A DNA stretch of 64,000 bases from Spirochaetaceae bacterium (GCA_051531975.1 JAOPTT010000014.1:64001-128000), one strand, 5' to 3'; shown: positions 50,169 to 61,167, counted from the first letter of the stretch. Numbers and translations are program-made. Notes: generated by a model from the letters alone, not told the origin.

Positions 50169-51238
50169 GTTCCCTTAAAAGATATAGTACTTTTTCTGTT
50201 AGATAGTTCATCAGAAATTTTTATATTCTCAATAACTTCTCCAGCTACACTTGGTATATAAGATACTTGAAAAGTTTGACTTTCTCCCCGTGCTAACTCT
50301 AAACTTCCTAGATCTGTAATAAATGAAGTAAACTCACTTGTTACAACTAAATCCATATCAAATGGTGAATTATTTGTTAAAACGAAGTCTTTAACAACTG
50401 GATCATTAGTCGCATAACTTCCAAAATCAATGTCCCCTATAAGTTCAGTCCCAACATCGTCATAAAGTGTACCTAAAACATGTTTACCAGCGTATAATGA
50501 AAAAAGGAATGTAGAATCTAAAGCATCAGTGTCTATATCTAAATCACTATCATTCACATTTGAGCTGTCAAAATTATATGTCAATTTAATTTCTTTCGTT
50601 TCATTTATACTTAAACTAAAATTTGTTCCGCTAACAATATTAATATCACCATTTGGATGTGTAATACTATTTATCTGAACATCTTCTAAACCTTCATTTT
50701 TAATAACTAATGTATGTTCACGGTTATCATCCCAATTCCCAAGATCATACTCTGTTAGCTCATTATCGTCGGAATCATACATTTTTAATGGTTGTCTATT
50801 AGAGGTAGCCCATAGAGTAAATGTAAATGGTCTATCATTTTCATCATAAAATACAACCTCTTTTGTTACTCTTGTTCCAGCATTTGCTGAAGTAAAGTCA
50901 AAAGTTGCTGCAAAAGTAAAACTTGTTCCAGAAGGTATATTTACCGACTCAAAGGCTTCAATTATAAAGTCCCCTGAAATTCCACCAAAGGCGTTTAGTG
51001 TAATACTACTCTCTTCGTTATTAGTTATAGTGCATTGAACCTCATGGTCTGATATATGGAACCCCATATTTACAGCTTGAAGATCATCTATATCCTGAAC
51101 GCCTTCCCCGTCTAGTGTAAAATCAATAGGTGATCTTGATGCTATATCATCAATGTATTCTTGTAGTTCATCTTGAAACTCAACATCACAACTAAAGATT
51201 ATTAAAAACAGTAATGCTAAAATGGAATATTTATTCAT
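50156..51238 (-). CDS. acidic lipoprotein with about 3 Ig-like (ASH/choice-of-anchor D-like) repeats
   Basis: Lipobox IIFSC; repeats NMG/DLG/DFG..I.N....L.I..L..GES..F.V.Y.P. Confidence 0.65.
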   Translation of the reverse strand: MNKYSILALLFLIIFSCDVEFQDELQEYIDDIASRSPIDFTLDGEGVQDIDDLQAVNMGFHISDHEVQCTITNNEESSITLNAFGGISGDFIIEAFESVNIPSGTSFTFAATFDFTSANAGTRVTKEVVFYDENDRPFTFTLWATSNRQPLKMYDSDDNELTEYDLGNWDDNREHTLVIKNEGLEDVQINSITHPNGDINIVSGTNFSLSINETKEIKLTYNFDSSNVNDSDLDIDTDALDSTFLFSLYAGKHVLGTLYDDVGTELIGDIDFGSYATNDPVVKDFVLTNNSPFDMDLVVTSEFTSFITDLGSLELARGESQTFQVSYIPSVAGEVIENIKISDELSNRKSTISFKGTYSP

Positions 51239-52373
51239 ATCTACTAACTCCAAAGCCAAATTTTGGGATATAACTTACTTCAGAAAGGCCATCTTCATTT
51301 AAATACAAAGTATCCATACCACCTCTAATTTCTATATTTATACCACCAACTCTTATTAAATTAACAGTTAGATAAGTTTTTGAATTAATACCTAAATCTA
51401 AATTGTCTGTATATAATGGTGCAATTAAAAAATCGAAAGAGAGATCTAGCTTTAAGATTTTAAGGAATGAATACCCATTTATACCAATACCAATTGTTGG
51501 AGATGGTAACTCTAAAACTGCTACCGTTTCAAAATCATCACTATTAAATCCGTAATAATTATATAAAAAACCTGCTCTTAAAAATAGTGGGATATTATAA
51601 ATTGACCGACCAAAAGAGAAAATTGCATCAGTAATAACCTGTCTCTCTTCATCTACAAAAAGGTCTTCGTAGGTTAAATTCCCAGTAAAATCTATTCTCC
51701 AGTTAAAAAATCCAGCTCCAGAACCTATTCCAAAATCTAAACCAAAACCGTCGCTATGGTTAAAATGCTCATCTCGGTCAAAATACCCATCGTAAACTTC
51801 CGAGGTGTAGTTTTTATACGAGATGGGATAAAAGTAGGTATTTGTTGTATATTTTATTTCATCTAATTCGTCAGTATATAAACTTGTAATACTTTCTAAC
51901 TCTTTGCTTCTCTTTGCAATAGCCGCCATATATTCTTCAAACTGGAACATCTCTTCAGTTTCTTCATTAAAGATTGTAATCTCTTCTCTTTTAATATTAA
52001 CAATCTCTTTTTCGACTTCAACCCTTTCTTTAATCTCAATGTTTTTGTTTATAAGAATAACATAGAGATTCTGAGCATCCTCGTTTTCCAGATTAAGATA
52101 TAAAATAGTTTCAGTTAATAAAAGTGGATAGGTTAGATCATTACTCTCTGCCAATTTTGATGCATAATCTAATATGTAATCTTCAAAATCTTCATAACTA
52201 GGATGCTCTATAGTAATGTCGTTTAGAATAGTATCTAAGTTATTATCTTGATTCTCTAAACTAGTATCAATTAGACTATATATTTCCTTATCGGTCATGA
52301 CGATTTCGTCAGTTTCCTCAGAGACAAGGGAAAACATAGTAAAGATGTAAACAATAAGTATAATTTTTTTCAC
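51231..52373 (-). CDS. exported protein: helical N-domain plus probable outer-membrane beta-barrel C-domain
   Basis: Signal peptide; alternating hydrophobic beta strands, ending PKFGFGVSRYE. Confidence 0.55.
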   Translation of the reverse strand: MKKIILIVYIFTMFSLVSEETDEIVMTDKEIYSLIDTSLENQDNNLDTILNDITIEHPSYEDFEDYILDYASKLAESNDLTYPLLLTETILYLNLENEDAQNLYVILINKNIEIKERVEVEKEIVNIKREEITIFNEETEEMFQFEEYMAAIAKRSKELESITSLYTDELDEIKYTTNTYFYPISYKNYTSEVYDGYFDRDEHFNHSDGFGLDFGIGSGAGFFNWRIDFTGNLTYEDLFVDEERQVITDAIFSFGRSIYNIPLFLRAGFLYNYYGFNSDDFETVAVLELPSPTIGIGINGYSFLKILKLDLSFDFLIAPLYTDNLDLGINSKTYLTVNLIRVGGINIEIRGGMDTLYLNEDGLSEVSYIPKFGFGVSRYE

Positions 52374-52447
52374 AAAAACCCCTACCCTTCTACTTCAATT
52401 CTAGTAGACTTAAAAAGTAGGGGCAATATAAAAACAATAAAAACTAA

Positions 52448-52597
52448 TTAAAAATTAACATTTTGATAGTCTATGTTAGCTCCAATTTGATATAATGTAT
52501 CATCTGTACCATTTATAGTCATATATACAACTAATATAACGAACAGTATAATAGGGACACAAAACCCTCCAAGTAGGACTTTATTACTTAATTTCAT
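52448..52597 (-). CDS. 49-aa single-TM small protein MKLSNKVLLGGFCVPIILFVILVVYM... (not in ORF track)
   Basis: AAGGAG RBS inside the ytrA-like 3' end; overlapping start; hydrophobic helix. Confidence 0.6.
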   Translation of the reverse strand: MKLSNKVLLGGFCVPIILFVILVVYMTINGTDDTLYQIGANIDYQNVNF

Positions 52598-52964
52598 TTT
52601 TTACTCCTTTTAAATACTCCTGGTAATATAACTTTAAAGCATCTGGATCAATACCATATAACGAACTCTCTTTAAATATAGTTGGTAGTTCTTCTTTTAC
52701 AAAGCTGCTCTTTTTAAGTTTTAGTACCATATCTTTTGCACCTTCACAAATAAAATAACCTATACCTCTTTTATTAAATATTATTCCCTCGTCTTGTAAA
52801 AAGCTAAATGCACGCATTACAGTATTAGGGTTAACTTCTAACTCTACAGCCAAGTCTCTAACGGACTGTATTCTATCTTCCTCTTTAAACTTCTCTAATA
52901 GTATATTTTCACATATTAGATCTGAGATCTGATTGTATATCGATTTTTTACTGTTAAATTCCAC
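52584..52964 (-). CDS. GntR family regulator, YtrA subfamily
   Basis: IYNQI..SVRDLAVELEVNPNTVMRAF..KRGIGYF; GTG start 52964. Confidence 0.93.
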   Translation of the reverse strand: MEFNSKKSIYNQISDLICENILLEKFKEEDRIQSVRDLAVELEVNPNTVMRAFSFLQDEGIIFNKRGIGYFICEGAKDMVLKLKKSSFVKEELPTIFKESSLYGIDPDALKLYYQEYLKGVKNEIK

Positions 52965-53817
52965 CTTTGACCTCTTTCTCAGCCAACTTGAGATAACCCA
53001 CAACATTAAAAAAGAGACTAAATGGTAAACCAATTATAGTTACCCACTTAAACATAAAGGGTGAAATAGTATCTGCATTTATGTACTGTTCAAAATATGG
53101 CTCAACCCAGTCAAAAGTTCTCATGTCCCAATTTTCATATAGACCAGTTTTAATAATAATAATTACTAATATTCCAATAATAAAAGAAATAATAGTTTGA
53201 ATTACAGATGATGCTAATAGCGTCTTAATAAAAGCTGCTTTTTTGAATACAATGGAACCAACTAAAAACATTGGTTGTGTAAAAATGTATATTAAAATCA
53301 GAACAAATAAGTTTACACCAAATGAATCTGATGAATACTCTGAAACACCGCTATCTACTATTGTTCCAAATGTAAATGGGTTAAATATTTCCACACCAAA
53401 ACCCATGATAAGTTTAGTTAAAATAGAAGAAATAACTGACGAAACAAAAAATGCAGCTATTAAAAACACAACATATCCAATAGTTGAAACTATGGCTCCT
53501 ACCATATACTTTTCTAGTGTTGAACCCGGAACCGAGAACCACAGGGAACTAGTAAACTTATTATTTATTTCTGAAAATGTGAGGGAGGTTAAAATGTATC
53601 CTCCAATAAATAAAAACCCAGGAAACATATAGTTTAAAGTATATGGATCAAATTCAGCATTCCCTGGAAACAGTCTAAACAGTATAGCCATTAATAGTGC
53701 TATTCCTACATATATACCTACAATTGTAAAAAGGTAGATACTCCACATTTTATAATTTGAAATTACTTCGTTTTTACTCAGAAGACCAAATCGTCTTTTA
53801 TTAAAATAATTATTCAT
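52954..53817 (-). CDS. ABC-2-type membrane permease
   Basis: 6 TM; VPGSTLEKY motif; lies between ATPase and YtrA. Confidence 0.8.
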   Translation of the reverse strand: MNNYFNKRRFGLLSKNEVISNYKMWSIYLFTIVGIYVGIALLMAILFRLFPGNAEFDPYTLNYMFPGFLFIGGYILTSLTFSEINNKFTSSLWFSVPGSTLEKYMVGAIVSTIGYVVFLIAAFFVSSVISSILTKLIMGFGVEIFNPFTFGTIVDSGVSEYSSDSFGVNLFVLILIYIFTQPMFLVGSIVFKKAAFIKTLLASSVIQTIISFIIGILVIIIIKTGLYENWDMRTFDWVEPYFEQYINADTISPFMFKWVTIIGLPFSLFFNVVGYLKLAEKEVKGGI

Positions 53818-54652
53818 CTGTCCCCTCCTTATTAAATGCCTTTGTTACCGCGGCAGGCTCAGATATTACTGCATTAAATAGAAGCTCTAGATCTACTGAT
53901 CCCTCTTCTTTTGTACTATTTTTACTAACAACCTGATATCCACCTAATATTTCCTGAGCATAGATCTCAGAACCTGTTAAACTTGTAACTTGTTCCATAA
54001 CAAGTTTGCTAGCAACATTAAAAGTTGGTTGGTTAAATATAATGTGCCCATCTTCTACAATAATAATTGGGTCAATTAAATTCTCTACATCCTTAACCTG
54101 ATGGGTAGAAATTAAAATAGTTCTTTCATCGGTCATAGATTTTGCAATTATTCTTCTAAGTGTAGTTTTTGATGGAATATCCAAACCGTTTGTAGGTTCA
54201 TCCATTATCATTAACTGTGTTTTAGTTGCTAAACCAAAAGAGAGTAAAAACTTCTTCTTCTGCCCAAAGGATAAAGTATTTAATATTGCATCCATTGGAA
54301 GATCAAAATCTAATAAATACTGATTAAATTGATCGTAATCGAAATTTGGGTAGAAAGGAGCTCTTAGCTTTAAAAAGAGCTCTCCTTTAATTGGTGGAAG
54401 AAAAAATTCTTCTGGTAGAAAAAATACATCTTCTAAAAAGCTAGGCTCTCTTTTAGTAACATCTGAATCGTTATAAAAACAAGTCCCACTGTTAGGGTAT
54501 AATAACCCCCCCATAATTTTTAGTAATGTTGTTTTACCTGCACCATTTTTTCCAAGTAAACCATAAATATTCCCCGGTTCTAATTCTAAATTAAGTTCTT
54601 TAAATAGATCTTTTTTACCATACCGGAAGAAAACGCTGTTTAATTTTAACAT
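53810..54652 (-). CDS. ABC transporter ATP-binding protein (YtrB-like)
   Basis: GKNGAGKTT, LSFGQKKK, MDEPTNGLD, STH. Confidence 0.96.
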   Translation of the reverse strand: MLKLNSVFFRYGKKDLFKELNLELEPGNIYGLLGKNGAGKTTLLKIMGGLLYPNSGTCFYNDSDVTKREPSFLEDVFFLPEEFFLPPIKGELFLKLRAPFYPNFDYDQFNQYLLDFDLPMDAILNTLSFGQKKKFLLSFGLATKTQLMIMDEPTNGLDIPSKTTLRRIIAKSMTDERTILISTHQVKDVENLIDPIIIVEDGHIIFNQPTFNVASKLVMEQVTSLTGSEIYAQEILGGYQVVSKNSTKEEGSVDLELLFNAVISEPAAVTKAFNKEGTDE

Positions 54653-54667
54653 ACTGCCATCTCCTTA

Positions 54668-54723
54668 TTAGTGTACTGCACCACTAATACACTAAGAATA
54701 AGTCTAGATTAAGAAGTTGTCAA
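54668..54723 (-). promoter_or_regulatory. promoter with YtrA-type operator
   Basis: TTAGTGTA-N12-TACACTAA (54668-54695) directly downstream of TTGACA-17-TATTCT. Confidence 0.75.
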
Positions 54724-54728
54724 GAACC

Positions 54729-55700
54729 TTAAAGTAACATATTGCACATTTTTACTAAATTCAGAGAATCGCTAAAACTTGCATTGCTCTTTTCTTGTCC
54801 AAGAATCTCACTACTAATTGATAATTGGTAGGGCATAGAGATATGTTCTGGAGTTTCAAAATTATATTCTGTAGTTTCATTATTAACTGTTACACTAAAG
54901 TTTTTTACAGATAGTCCGTCGTAGGTAATGTTACCTTTCTCCCCAATTATCTGTATTTCACTAAAGTGTCTATCAGCAACAAAACACCATGTACCAGTTC
55001 CAATAACTCCATTTTTAAACCTAAAATTGGTTAATACTGTATCGTTGGCAATATAATACCCACCTCTATTTTCTGCAATCCCAGTCATAGTTTCTAGTTC
55101 ACCGAAATACCATATAAGACAGTCTAAGACATGGGTTCCCACATCTAAAAACTTTCCACCACCTGATATTTCTGGTATTACTCTCCAGGGTCTACTATAT
55201 TCATGTTTTTCAACTTCTTCGACATTCATTAACTGTATAACATTTACAACTTTTACATCCCCAATTATTCCAGAGTCTAAAATCTCTTTTATCTTTATAA
55301 ACTTCTCTAATCCTCTTCTGTAAAATGCAACATAGGGAGTAATATTTTTCTTTTTTGCAAGGGACTCTATAACCAGGGCATCCTTAATATTGGTTACCAT
55401 AGGTTTCTCAATATATGGGATCTTTCCAGCTTCTAATACTTTAATAGTATATTCAAAATGACTATTTGGTGGGGTTGCAATATATACCACATCAATTAAA
55501 GAATCTGCTAATAGCTCATCCACACTGTTATATACTTGTTTCAATCCATGGCGTTTTACATAATCTTCTGCTTTGGCCAAAGTTCTATTAAAGACCCCAA
55601 TTAGGTTAGAGTTATCAGCTTTATATAAACCTGGTCCACTTTTAACTTCTGTAACATCTCCACAGCCAATAATTGCCCAGTTAACACTTTTTTTTGTCAT
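54729..55700 (-). CDS. Gfo/Idh/MocA oxidoreductase
   Basis: IIGCGDVTEVKSGP, YIATPP, EKP, SGGGKFLD.G.H. Confidence 0.92.
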   Translation of the reverse strand: MTKKSVNWAIIGCGDVTEVKSGPGLYKADNSNLIGVFNRTLAKAEDYVKRHGLKQVYNSVDELLADSLIDVVYIATPPNSHFEYTIKVLEAGKIPYIEKPMVTNIKDALVIESLAKKKNITPYVAFYRRGLEKFIKIKEILDSGIIGDVKVVNVIQLMNVEEVEKHEYSRPWRVIPEISGGGKFLDVGTHVLDCLIWYFGELETMTGIAENRGGYYIANDTVLTNFRFKNGVIGTGTWCFVADRHFSEIQIIGEKGNITYDGLSVKNFSVTVNNETTEYNFETPEHISMPYQLSISSEILGQEKSNASFSDSLNLVKMCNMLL

Positions 55701-55737
55701 AGTTGCCTCTAAACTTATTATAGTACTATATTTTGTA

Positions 55738-58179
55738 TTATTTTTTTCTTTTAACTCTATTTGTTGGTATTGCAGTATAGGGGTCAGTTGGCCAGTGGTG
55801 TTTTGGATAACGTCCCATTAGGTCTTTCTTAACTTCAGTATAAGTAGTTTCCCAAAAGCTTTTAAGGTCTTTAGTTATCTGTATTGGTCTAGATGCCGGG
55901 GATAATAGGTGTATTGTTATAGGCACTTTTCCATTTAATACTGTAGGAGTTTCTATTAATCCAAATAGCTCCTGTAATCTAACTTTTAAAACAGGCTCCC
56001 CTGTAGAATAATCTATAGGAATGTTTGATCCACTAGGAACTTTAAAGTGTGTAGGTGCCTCAGCTTCAACTCTTTTAAGATCATTCCACTGGAAAAAACC
56101 TTTAAGTGCCTCTAATAATGGTATTTCATCTAGTCTATTTTTTATTGTAATACCTGTAATATAAAATTTTAACCACTCTATAGATTTTGTTAAATTCCTA
56201 TCAGAAAAATCTGGATACAACTCACTATTAAAACTATGTAAAAAGTTAATCCTATCCTTAAAACTTAGACACTCTTTAGTCCACTTTAGGTCAGCTAATC
56301 CACTCTTTTGTAAATAGTTTAGTAGAGCTACATGGAACTCTTCTTTCTGGATATTACTAGTTCTCTCTTCTCTTATTGTTATATATCCAAGTTTTAATCT
56401 ATTTATTGCACTAAACTTGTTTTTATCTTTAATAAATTTAAGGTCCAAAACATTTTTTAGGTTGGATCTATTATATTTTAATATATCTTCTAATAACACA
56501 GGGTATGCCAGGTATATTTTATCTGTTTTACCTAAGCCACCAGAGTTTGTAACTATTAAGTAGTTACTAGAGTACAAACTATCAGTTTCTGGTAAAAACA
56601 CTTCAGAACCGTTTACCATCTGGTAACGTCCATCTGTTATTTTTTTGGCAATCCGATCAGGAAAAGATGTTATTAGAAGTTCTGTAATATCATAGTTCTC
56701 ATTTTTAGTTTTTATAGATTTAGATATCTCTTTAACCCTATTTAGAACTGTATAATTCTTTTTAGCAGATATTATACTTTTACCTTCAAGCGCCTCTAAT
56801 CGATACCTAATATCACACCCGCTAGATCCATGTTGGAAGCTTAATATATCTTTTTCAGACAATAGTGCTGCTAAGTTTGCTGCAAACCTACTATTAGATG
56901 TTGTAATTATAGAACCAAGCCTTGGGTGAAGTGGTAATTTACTTAAAGCCTCACCTTTAGGTGTAATTCCACCTGCGTCAATTGCCCCTAACATCTGTAG
57001 TAGCTCTAAACTTTTTTTAAATATTGAGACATTAGGTTTTGTCAACCAATCTATGTCTTTTATATCTGTATAACCCCATTTAGCCATTGTTAATAGTGAT
57101 GATGAAAAGTCGACATTCTCTATTTCTGGTGTATCAAAGTTATCCAGTTTTTTAAAGTTATCCCAAAGCCTATAACAGACTCCAGGTTCTACCCTACCAG
57201 CCCGTCCTGTTCTCTGATCCGCCGAGGCTTTAGATATTTGTAGTGTCTCTAGGCTATCCATCCCATTTTTAGGGTTAAACAGTGGTTTTCTAATTAGTCC
57301 AGAGTCTATTACAACTTTAACTCCATTTATAGTTATACTAGATTCAGCAATAGATGTTGATAAAACAACTTTTCTTTTACCTGGTGGTACAGCTTCAATA
57401 GCTCTCTCTTGTTCTGCTCTTGGCAGTCCACCAAATAGAGGCTGTATAATAATATCTTTTGGTAATTTAGCTAATAGTTCTTTCTCTACTCTTTTAATCT
57501 CTCCAACACCTGGTAGAAAAACTAATATACTACCAGTTTCTGAGTTTAGAGCTGTTATGACACTGTTTACAGTAAAAGATACTAGATTATAATCTGGGCT
57601 TCCTAAATATTTGACATCCACAGGAAAGCATTTCCCAAGGGAAGTAATAACTGGGGCATCATTTAGGTATTTTGATACTGGTTCAGCATCTAATGTTGCT
57701 GACATTACCAATATTTTTAAATCTTCTCTTAATACTTCCTGGGTCTCTTTAACTAAAGCTAAGGAGAGATCGGCATCCAGGCTTCTCTCATGGAATTCAT
57801 CAAATATAACAACTGCGATACCTGCTAGTTCAGGGTCTTTTAACAGTCTGTTAATAAAGACACCTTCGGTTACTACTTCTAATATAGTATTTGAGGAAAC
57901 CTTTTTATCTAGGTGTACTGAGTAACCAACTCTATTTCCAACTTGTTCTTTTATACTTTTTGCCATCCAGTATGCTGCACTTCTTGCTGCAATCCTTCTT
58001 GGTTCTAACATAATTATCTTTTTTCCGTCTAACCATGTCTGTTTTAACAGTTCTAGTGGAACACAGGTAGTTTTACCAGCTCCAGGAGGTGCCTGAAGTA
58101 CTAATCGATTACTATTTTGTAGTTCATCTAATATCTGAGGTATAACTTCGTATATTGGTAGGGAAGATTTATCTGCCAT
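55738..58179 (-). CDS. hrpB: ATP-dependent RNA helicase HrpB
   Basis: APPGAGKTT, DEFHER, MSAT, QRTGRAGR, GRYPKHHWP. Confidence 0.97.
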   Translation of the reverse strand: MADKSSLPIYEVIPQILDELQNSNRLVLQAPPGAGKTTCVPLELLKQTWLDGKKIIMLEPRRIAARSAAYWMAKSIKEQVGNRVGYSVHLDKKVSSNTILEVVTEGVFINRLLKDPELAGIAVVIFDEFHERSLDADLSLALVKETQEVLREDLKILVMSATLDAEPVSKYLNDAPVITSLGKCFPVDVKYLGSPDYNLVSFTVNSVITALNSETGSILVFLPGVGEIKRVEKELLAKLPKDIIIQPLFGGLPRAEQERAIEAVPPGKRKVVLSTSIAESSITINGVKVVIDSGLIRKPLFNPKNGMDSLETLQISKASADQRTGRAGRVEPGVCYRLWDNFKKLDNFDTPEIENVDFSSSLLTMAKWGYTDIKDIDWLTKPNVSIFKKSLELLQMLGAIDAGGITPKGEALSKLPLHPRLGSIITTSNSRFAANLAALLSEKDILSFQHGSSGCDIRYRLEALEGKSIISAKKNYTVLNRVKEISKSIKTKNENYDITELLITSFPDRIAKKITDGRYQMVNGSEVFLPETDSLYSSNYLIVTNSGGLGKTDKIYLAYPVLLEDILKYNRSNLKNVLDLKFIKDKNKFSAINRLKLGYITIREERTSNIQKEEFHVALLNYLQKSGLADLKWTKECLSFKDRINFLHSFNSELYPDFSDRNLTKSIEWLKFYITGITIKNRLDEIPLLEALKGFFQWNDLKRVEAEAPTHFKVPSGSNIPIDYSTGEPVLKVRLQELFGLIETPTVLNGKVPITIHLLSPASRPIQITKDLKSFWETTYTEVKKDLMGRYPKHHWPTDPYTAIPTNRVKRKK

Positions 58180-58203
58180 AAGCTAGTTTACTATAGATTC
58201 TTA

Positions 58204-58689
58204 TTAATAACCTGACTTAAGATGTAATGAATCATCGTTTTCTATCCATTCCTGAACTTTTATCAATCTAAAGGTCTCTCTGTTATCTCTAATTATTACT
58301 TCATCAATCCCTGCATTAATTATTAATCTTTTACACATCATACAGGAGTTAGAGTTTTCTATATAATTCCCGGAACTATACTCTTTACCTACCATGTACA
58401 GAGTTGAACCTAACATGTCTTTTCTAGGAGCTGATATAATTGCATTTGCTTCACTATGTAGGGATCTGCAAAGCTCATACATTGTTCCCCTAGGTACATT
58501 TGCTTTCTCTCTATGACATGTTCCAATATCAGTACAATTCTTTCTTCCCCTTGGGGCTCCAACATAACCTGTAGATACAATCTCATCATTTTTAACTATG
58601 ACACTTCCATAACTTCTTCTAAGGCATGTACATCTTTCTAATACTGTTTCAGCAATGTCTAAATAGTAGTTTGTTTTATCTCTTCTCAT
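58204..58689 (-). CDS. deoxycytidylate deaminase family protein
   Basis: RCTCLRR, HSEANAI, SCMMCKR. Confidence 0.9.
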   Translation of the reverse strand: MRRDKTNYYLDIAETVLERCTCLRRSYGSVIVKNDEIVSTGYVGAPRGRKNCTDIGTCHREKANVPRGTMYELCRSLHSEANAIISAPRKDMLGSTLYMVGKEYSSGNYIENSNSCMMCKRLIINAGIDEVIIRDNRETFRLIKVQEWIENDDSLHLKSGY

Positions 58690-58723
58690 ATTGTTCCTTA
58701 GTCAACATTTTATAGTAAAACGA

Positions 58724-59983
58724 TTAGGAATAAAACAGTTCTATTTCTTCCCAAAAGTTTGGGAATGATTTTGCAACACACTTACTACCATCAATTTCCT
58801 GCTTCTCTACTGCTAAACCAGCTATTGCAAATGACATAGCTATTCTATGGTCATTAAAAGAGTCTATTTTAGCTCCCTTTAATATCTCTTTATTACCTTC
58901 AATATATAAGTTGTCATCATCGTAGTGAGAATCTAGACCCATTCGTTTCAGACCAGAAACTACAGCTTCTAATCTATTACATTCTTTATATATTAATCTT
59001 CCAACTCCAGTTAACTTAGATGTTCCAGTAGCAAATGCACAAGCTATTGCTAAAGGTGGAACCAGATCTGGTGTATCAGTCATATCAACTGTAATAGCTG
59101 TTAAATCTTTGCCTTTTATTATTAGATCATCACTATCCCAACTAATATCACAACCCATAGCTTGTAGGTAGTTGATCATCTCTTTATCACCCTGTTTAGA
59201 GTCTCTGTTTAAACTTTTAATTCTCATCTCTAGTTTATTAATTGCAGCACCTAACATAAAAAACGAAGCACTACTAAAATCACCTTCTATAGTTACATCT
59301 GCAGACTTATACTTAGCTGTTTGTATGTTTATCTCTTTATAGTTATTGTTTGATAATTGTACTGAAAACTTATCCATCATATATTCTGTAATATCAAAGT
59401 ATGGTTTTTCGGACATTGAGTCTGTACAAATTAGGGTAACATCGTTTTGTGCAAATGGTGCAACCATAGATATTCCGGAGAAGTACTGGGATGTTTTACT
59501 ACCAGAAATATTAACTTTAGTTCCAGTTAATACTCCACTTTTAACTTTTACAGGAGGGAATCCCTCTTTATCTAAATATTCAACTTCTGCACCTAACTGC
59601 TCTATCCCAGATACAACTTCTTTTATTGGTCTAATTAATAATCCAGGATCACCAGTTATAATAATTTCCCCAGGTACAATAGAGCAAATAGGAGTTAGAA
59701 CATTCATTGCAACACCAGATTCTCCACAGTTTAATACATTATTAACTGGTTTAAAGTTTCCATTTGTTCCCTCTATAATAAGGTGATCATCATTTACTTC
59801 AATTTTAACACCTAAGTTCTTAAAACACTGTATTAGGTTTAACTGATCTTGCCCTAATAACGGGTTAGTTATTTTACTTGTTCCACTAGCTAACGATGCT
59901 AATATTATTGCTCTAAGAGTATGTGCCTTAGCCGATGGTGCAGTAAAAACAATATCCTGCCGTTTTAATTCCTGAATTTTCAT
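58724..59983 (-). CDS. aroA: 3-phosphoshikimate 1-carboxyvinyltransferase
   Basis: CGESG, RP, SQYFS, EGDFSSA, KECNR, DHRIAM, KSFPNF. Confidence 0.95.
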   Translation of the reverse strand: MKIQELKRQDIVFTAPSAKAHTLRAIILASLASGTSKITNPLLGQDQLNLIQCFKNLGVKIEVNDDHLIIEGTNGNFKPVNNVLNCGESGVAMNVLTPICSIVPGEIIITGDPGLLIRPIKEVVSGIEQLGAEVEYLDKEGFPPVKVKSGVLTGTKVNISGSKTSQYFSGISMVAPFAQNDVTLICTDSMSEKPYFDITEYMMDKFSVQLSNNNYKEINIQTAKYKSADVTIEGDFSSASFFMLGAAINKLEMRIKSLNRDSKQGDKEMINYLQAMGCDISWDSDDLIIKGKDLTAITVDMTDTPDLVPPLAIACAFATGTSKLTGVGRLIYKECNRLEAVVSGLKRMGLDSHYDDDNLYIEGNKEILKGAKIDSFNDHRIAMSFAIAGLAVEKQEIDGSKCVAKSFPNFWEEIELFYS

Positions 59984-60222
59984 AACACCTCATATTATCT
60001 TCATCTTTATTTCAATTTTGCAAATATTATATGTTTAAACTTTAATTGTCCATGCCATATTAAAATATATTTTGCAGATCCAAATTTAACAATATATAAT
60101 TCGTTAGAATAAACAATTAAAAGAGAATAGTTCTATAGGTAATTCAAGGTTTTACTCAATATATTTATGGTTTTTTATAGTAATTCTCATTAATCATTTG
60201 CCTAGATAATAACTATAAAGTT

Positions 60223-61167
60223 TTACCCCTGTATAAATTCAACAGCATCTTTAACTACATCATCCCAGTTTTCTGGAACATTGTGGCTGGCGTTTTTATT
60301 AATGACATAAACTGATGGTAAATTATGTTTCTTTGTTAATTCAAGTAACTCTGCATGAAATGGAACTGCCCCAGATAATTCCCCTTCTAAAAGAACTAAT
60401 TTTAATCCTCGTTCAGCTGCTTTTTGTATGTTTTCTTCAGTACAATCAGGAACTTTATTTGGACATAGAGCCATTATTCCTTGAACAGGAAATAGATCAT
60501 TCATAGCTACACTTAGAGATGCCATACTTCCTCCAGAGAAGCCACCTAAAATTACTTTTGACCTGTCTATAGGGTATTTTGAACACAGGATATCATAACA
60601 GATTGAAATATCATTTCTAGATTTTTCATAATCAGCTGTCCATGTAAAAAAGGATGTAGCTACTGGATTTGAAGACTGAATATAGGCCACTATAAAGTTA
60701 TTTTTTAATAGAAAATCTGGTTTCCATTCGTAACTAAATTGTTCAAGATTTCCACCATCTCCATGTTGGATGCAAAACAGTGGATATTTTTTGTTTTGAT
60801 CGTATCCCTGGGGGGTAAATACTTTATATTCCATTTTAGCAGTTTTAAGAGCTAGGTTTTTATTTTCGCTATTTTTCTTCTCAATTTCTGGCCATTCTGG
60901 ATAACTTCTTAATGGGTCCCATTTATCCCATGTAAGTCCATAAAAGTGACCATCGTCTGTACCCTTTTTTAATAGTTCCAAACACTTAACATAGTATTTA
61001 CCTTCTATATAACAATAAAGTGCGTATACATTTAGTTCCATATAAAAACCTGGTAACAGGTCATAAGAATCTTCTAATAACTTAGCTGCTTCTTCATATC
61101 TTTTCTCTTCATAGAGTTTATCAACTTTTCCATCAAGGGTTTTATATTCTTTATAGTTTAGTTCCAT
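60223..61167 (-). CDS. alpha/beta hydrolase with N-terminal TPR-like helices
   Basis: YPLFCIQHGDG, GGFSGG nucleophile elbow, C-terminal His (SHNVP). Confidence 0.75.
   Translation of the reverse strand: MELNYKEYKTLDGKVDKLYEEKRYEEAAKLLEDSYDLLPGFYMELNVYALYCYIEGKYYVKCLELLKKGTDDGHFYGLTWDKWDPLRSYPEWPEIEKKNSENKNLALKTAKMEYKVFTPQGYDQNKKYPLFCIQHGDGGNLEQFSYEWKPDFLLKNNFIVAYIQSSNPVATSFFTWTADYEKSRNDISICYDILCSKYPIDRSKVILGGFSGGSMASLSVAMNDLFPVQGIMALCPNKVPDCTEENIQKAAERGLKLVLLEGELSGAVPFHAELLELTKKHNLPSVYVINKNASHNVPENWDDVVKDAVEFIQG

Noticed and set aside
59984..60222. Long AT-rich intergenic region as an ncRNA or origin
   Set aside because: No convincing stems, DnaA-box cluster or ORF seen.
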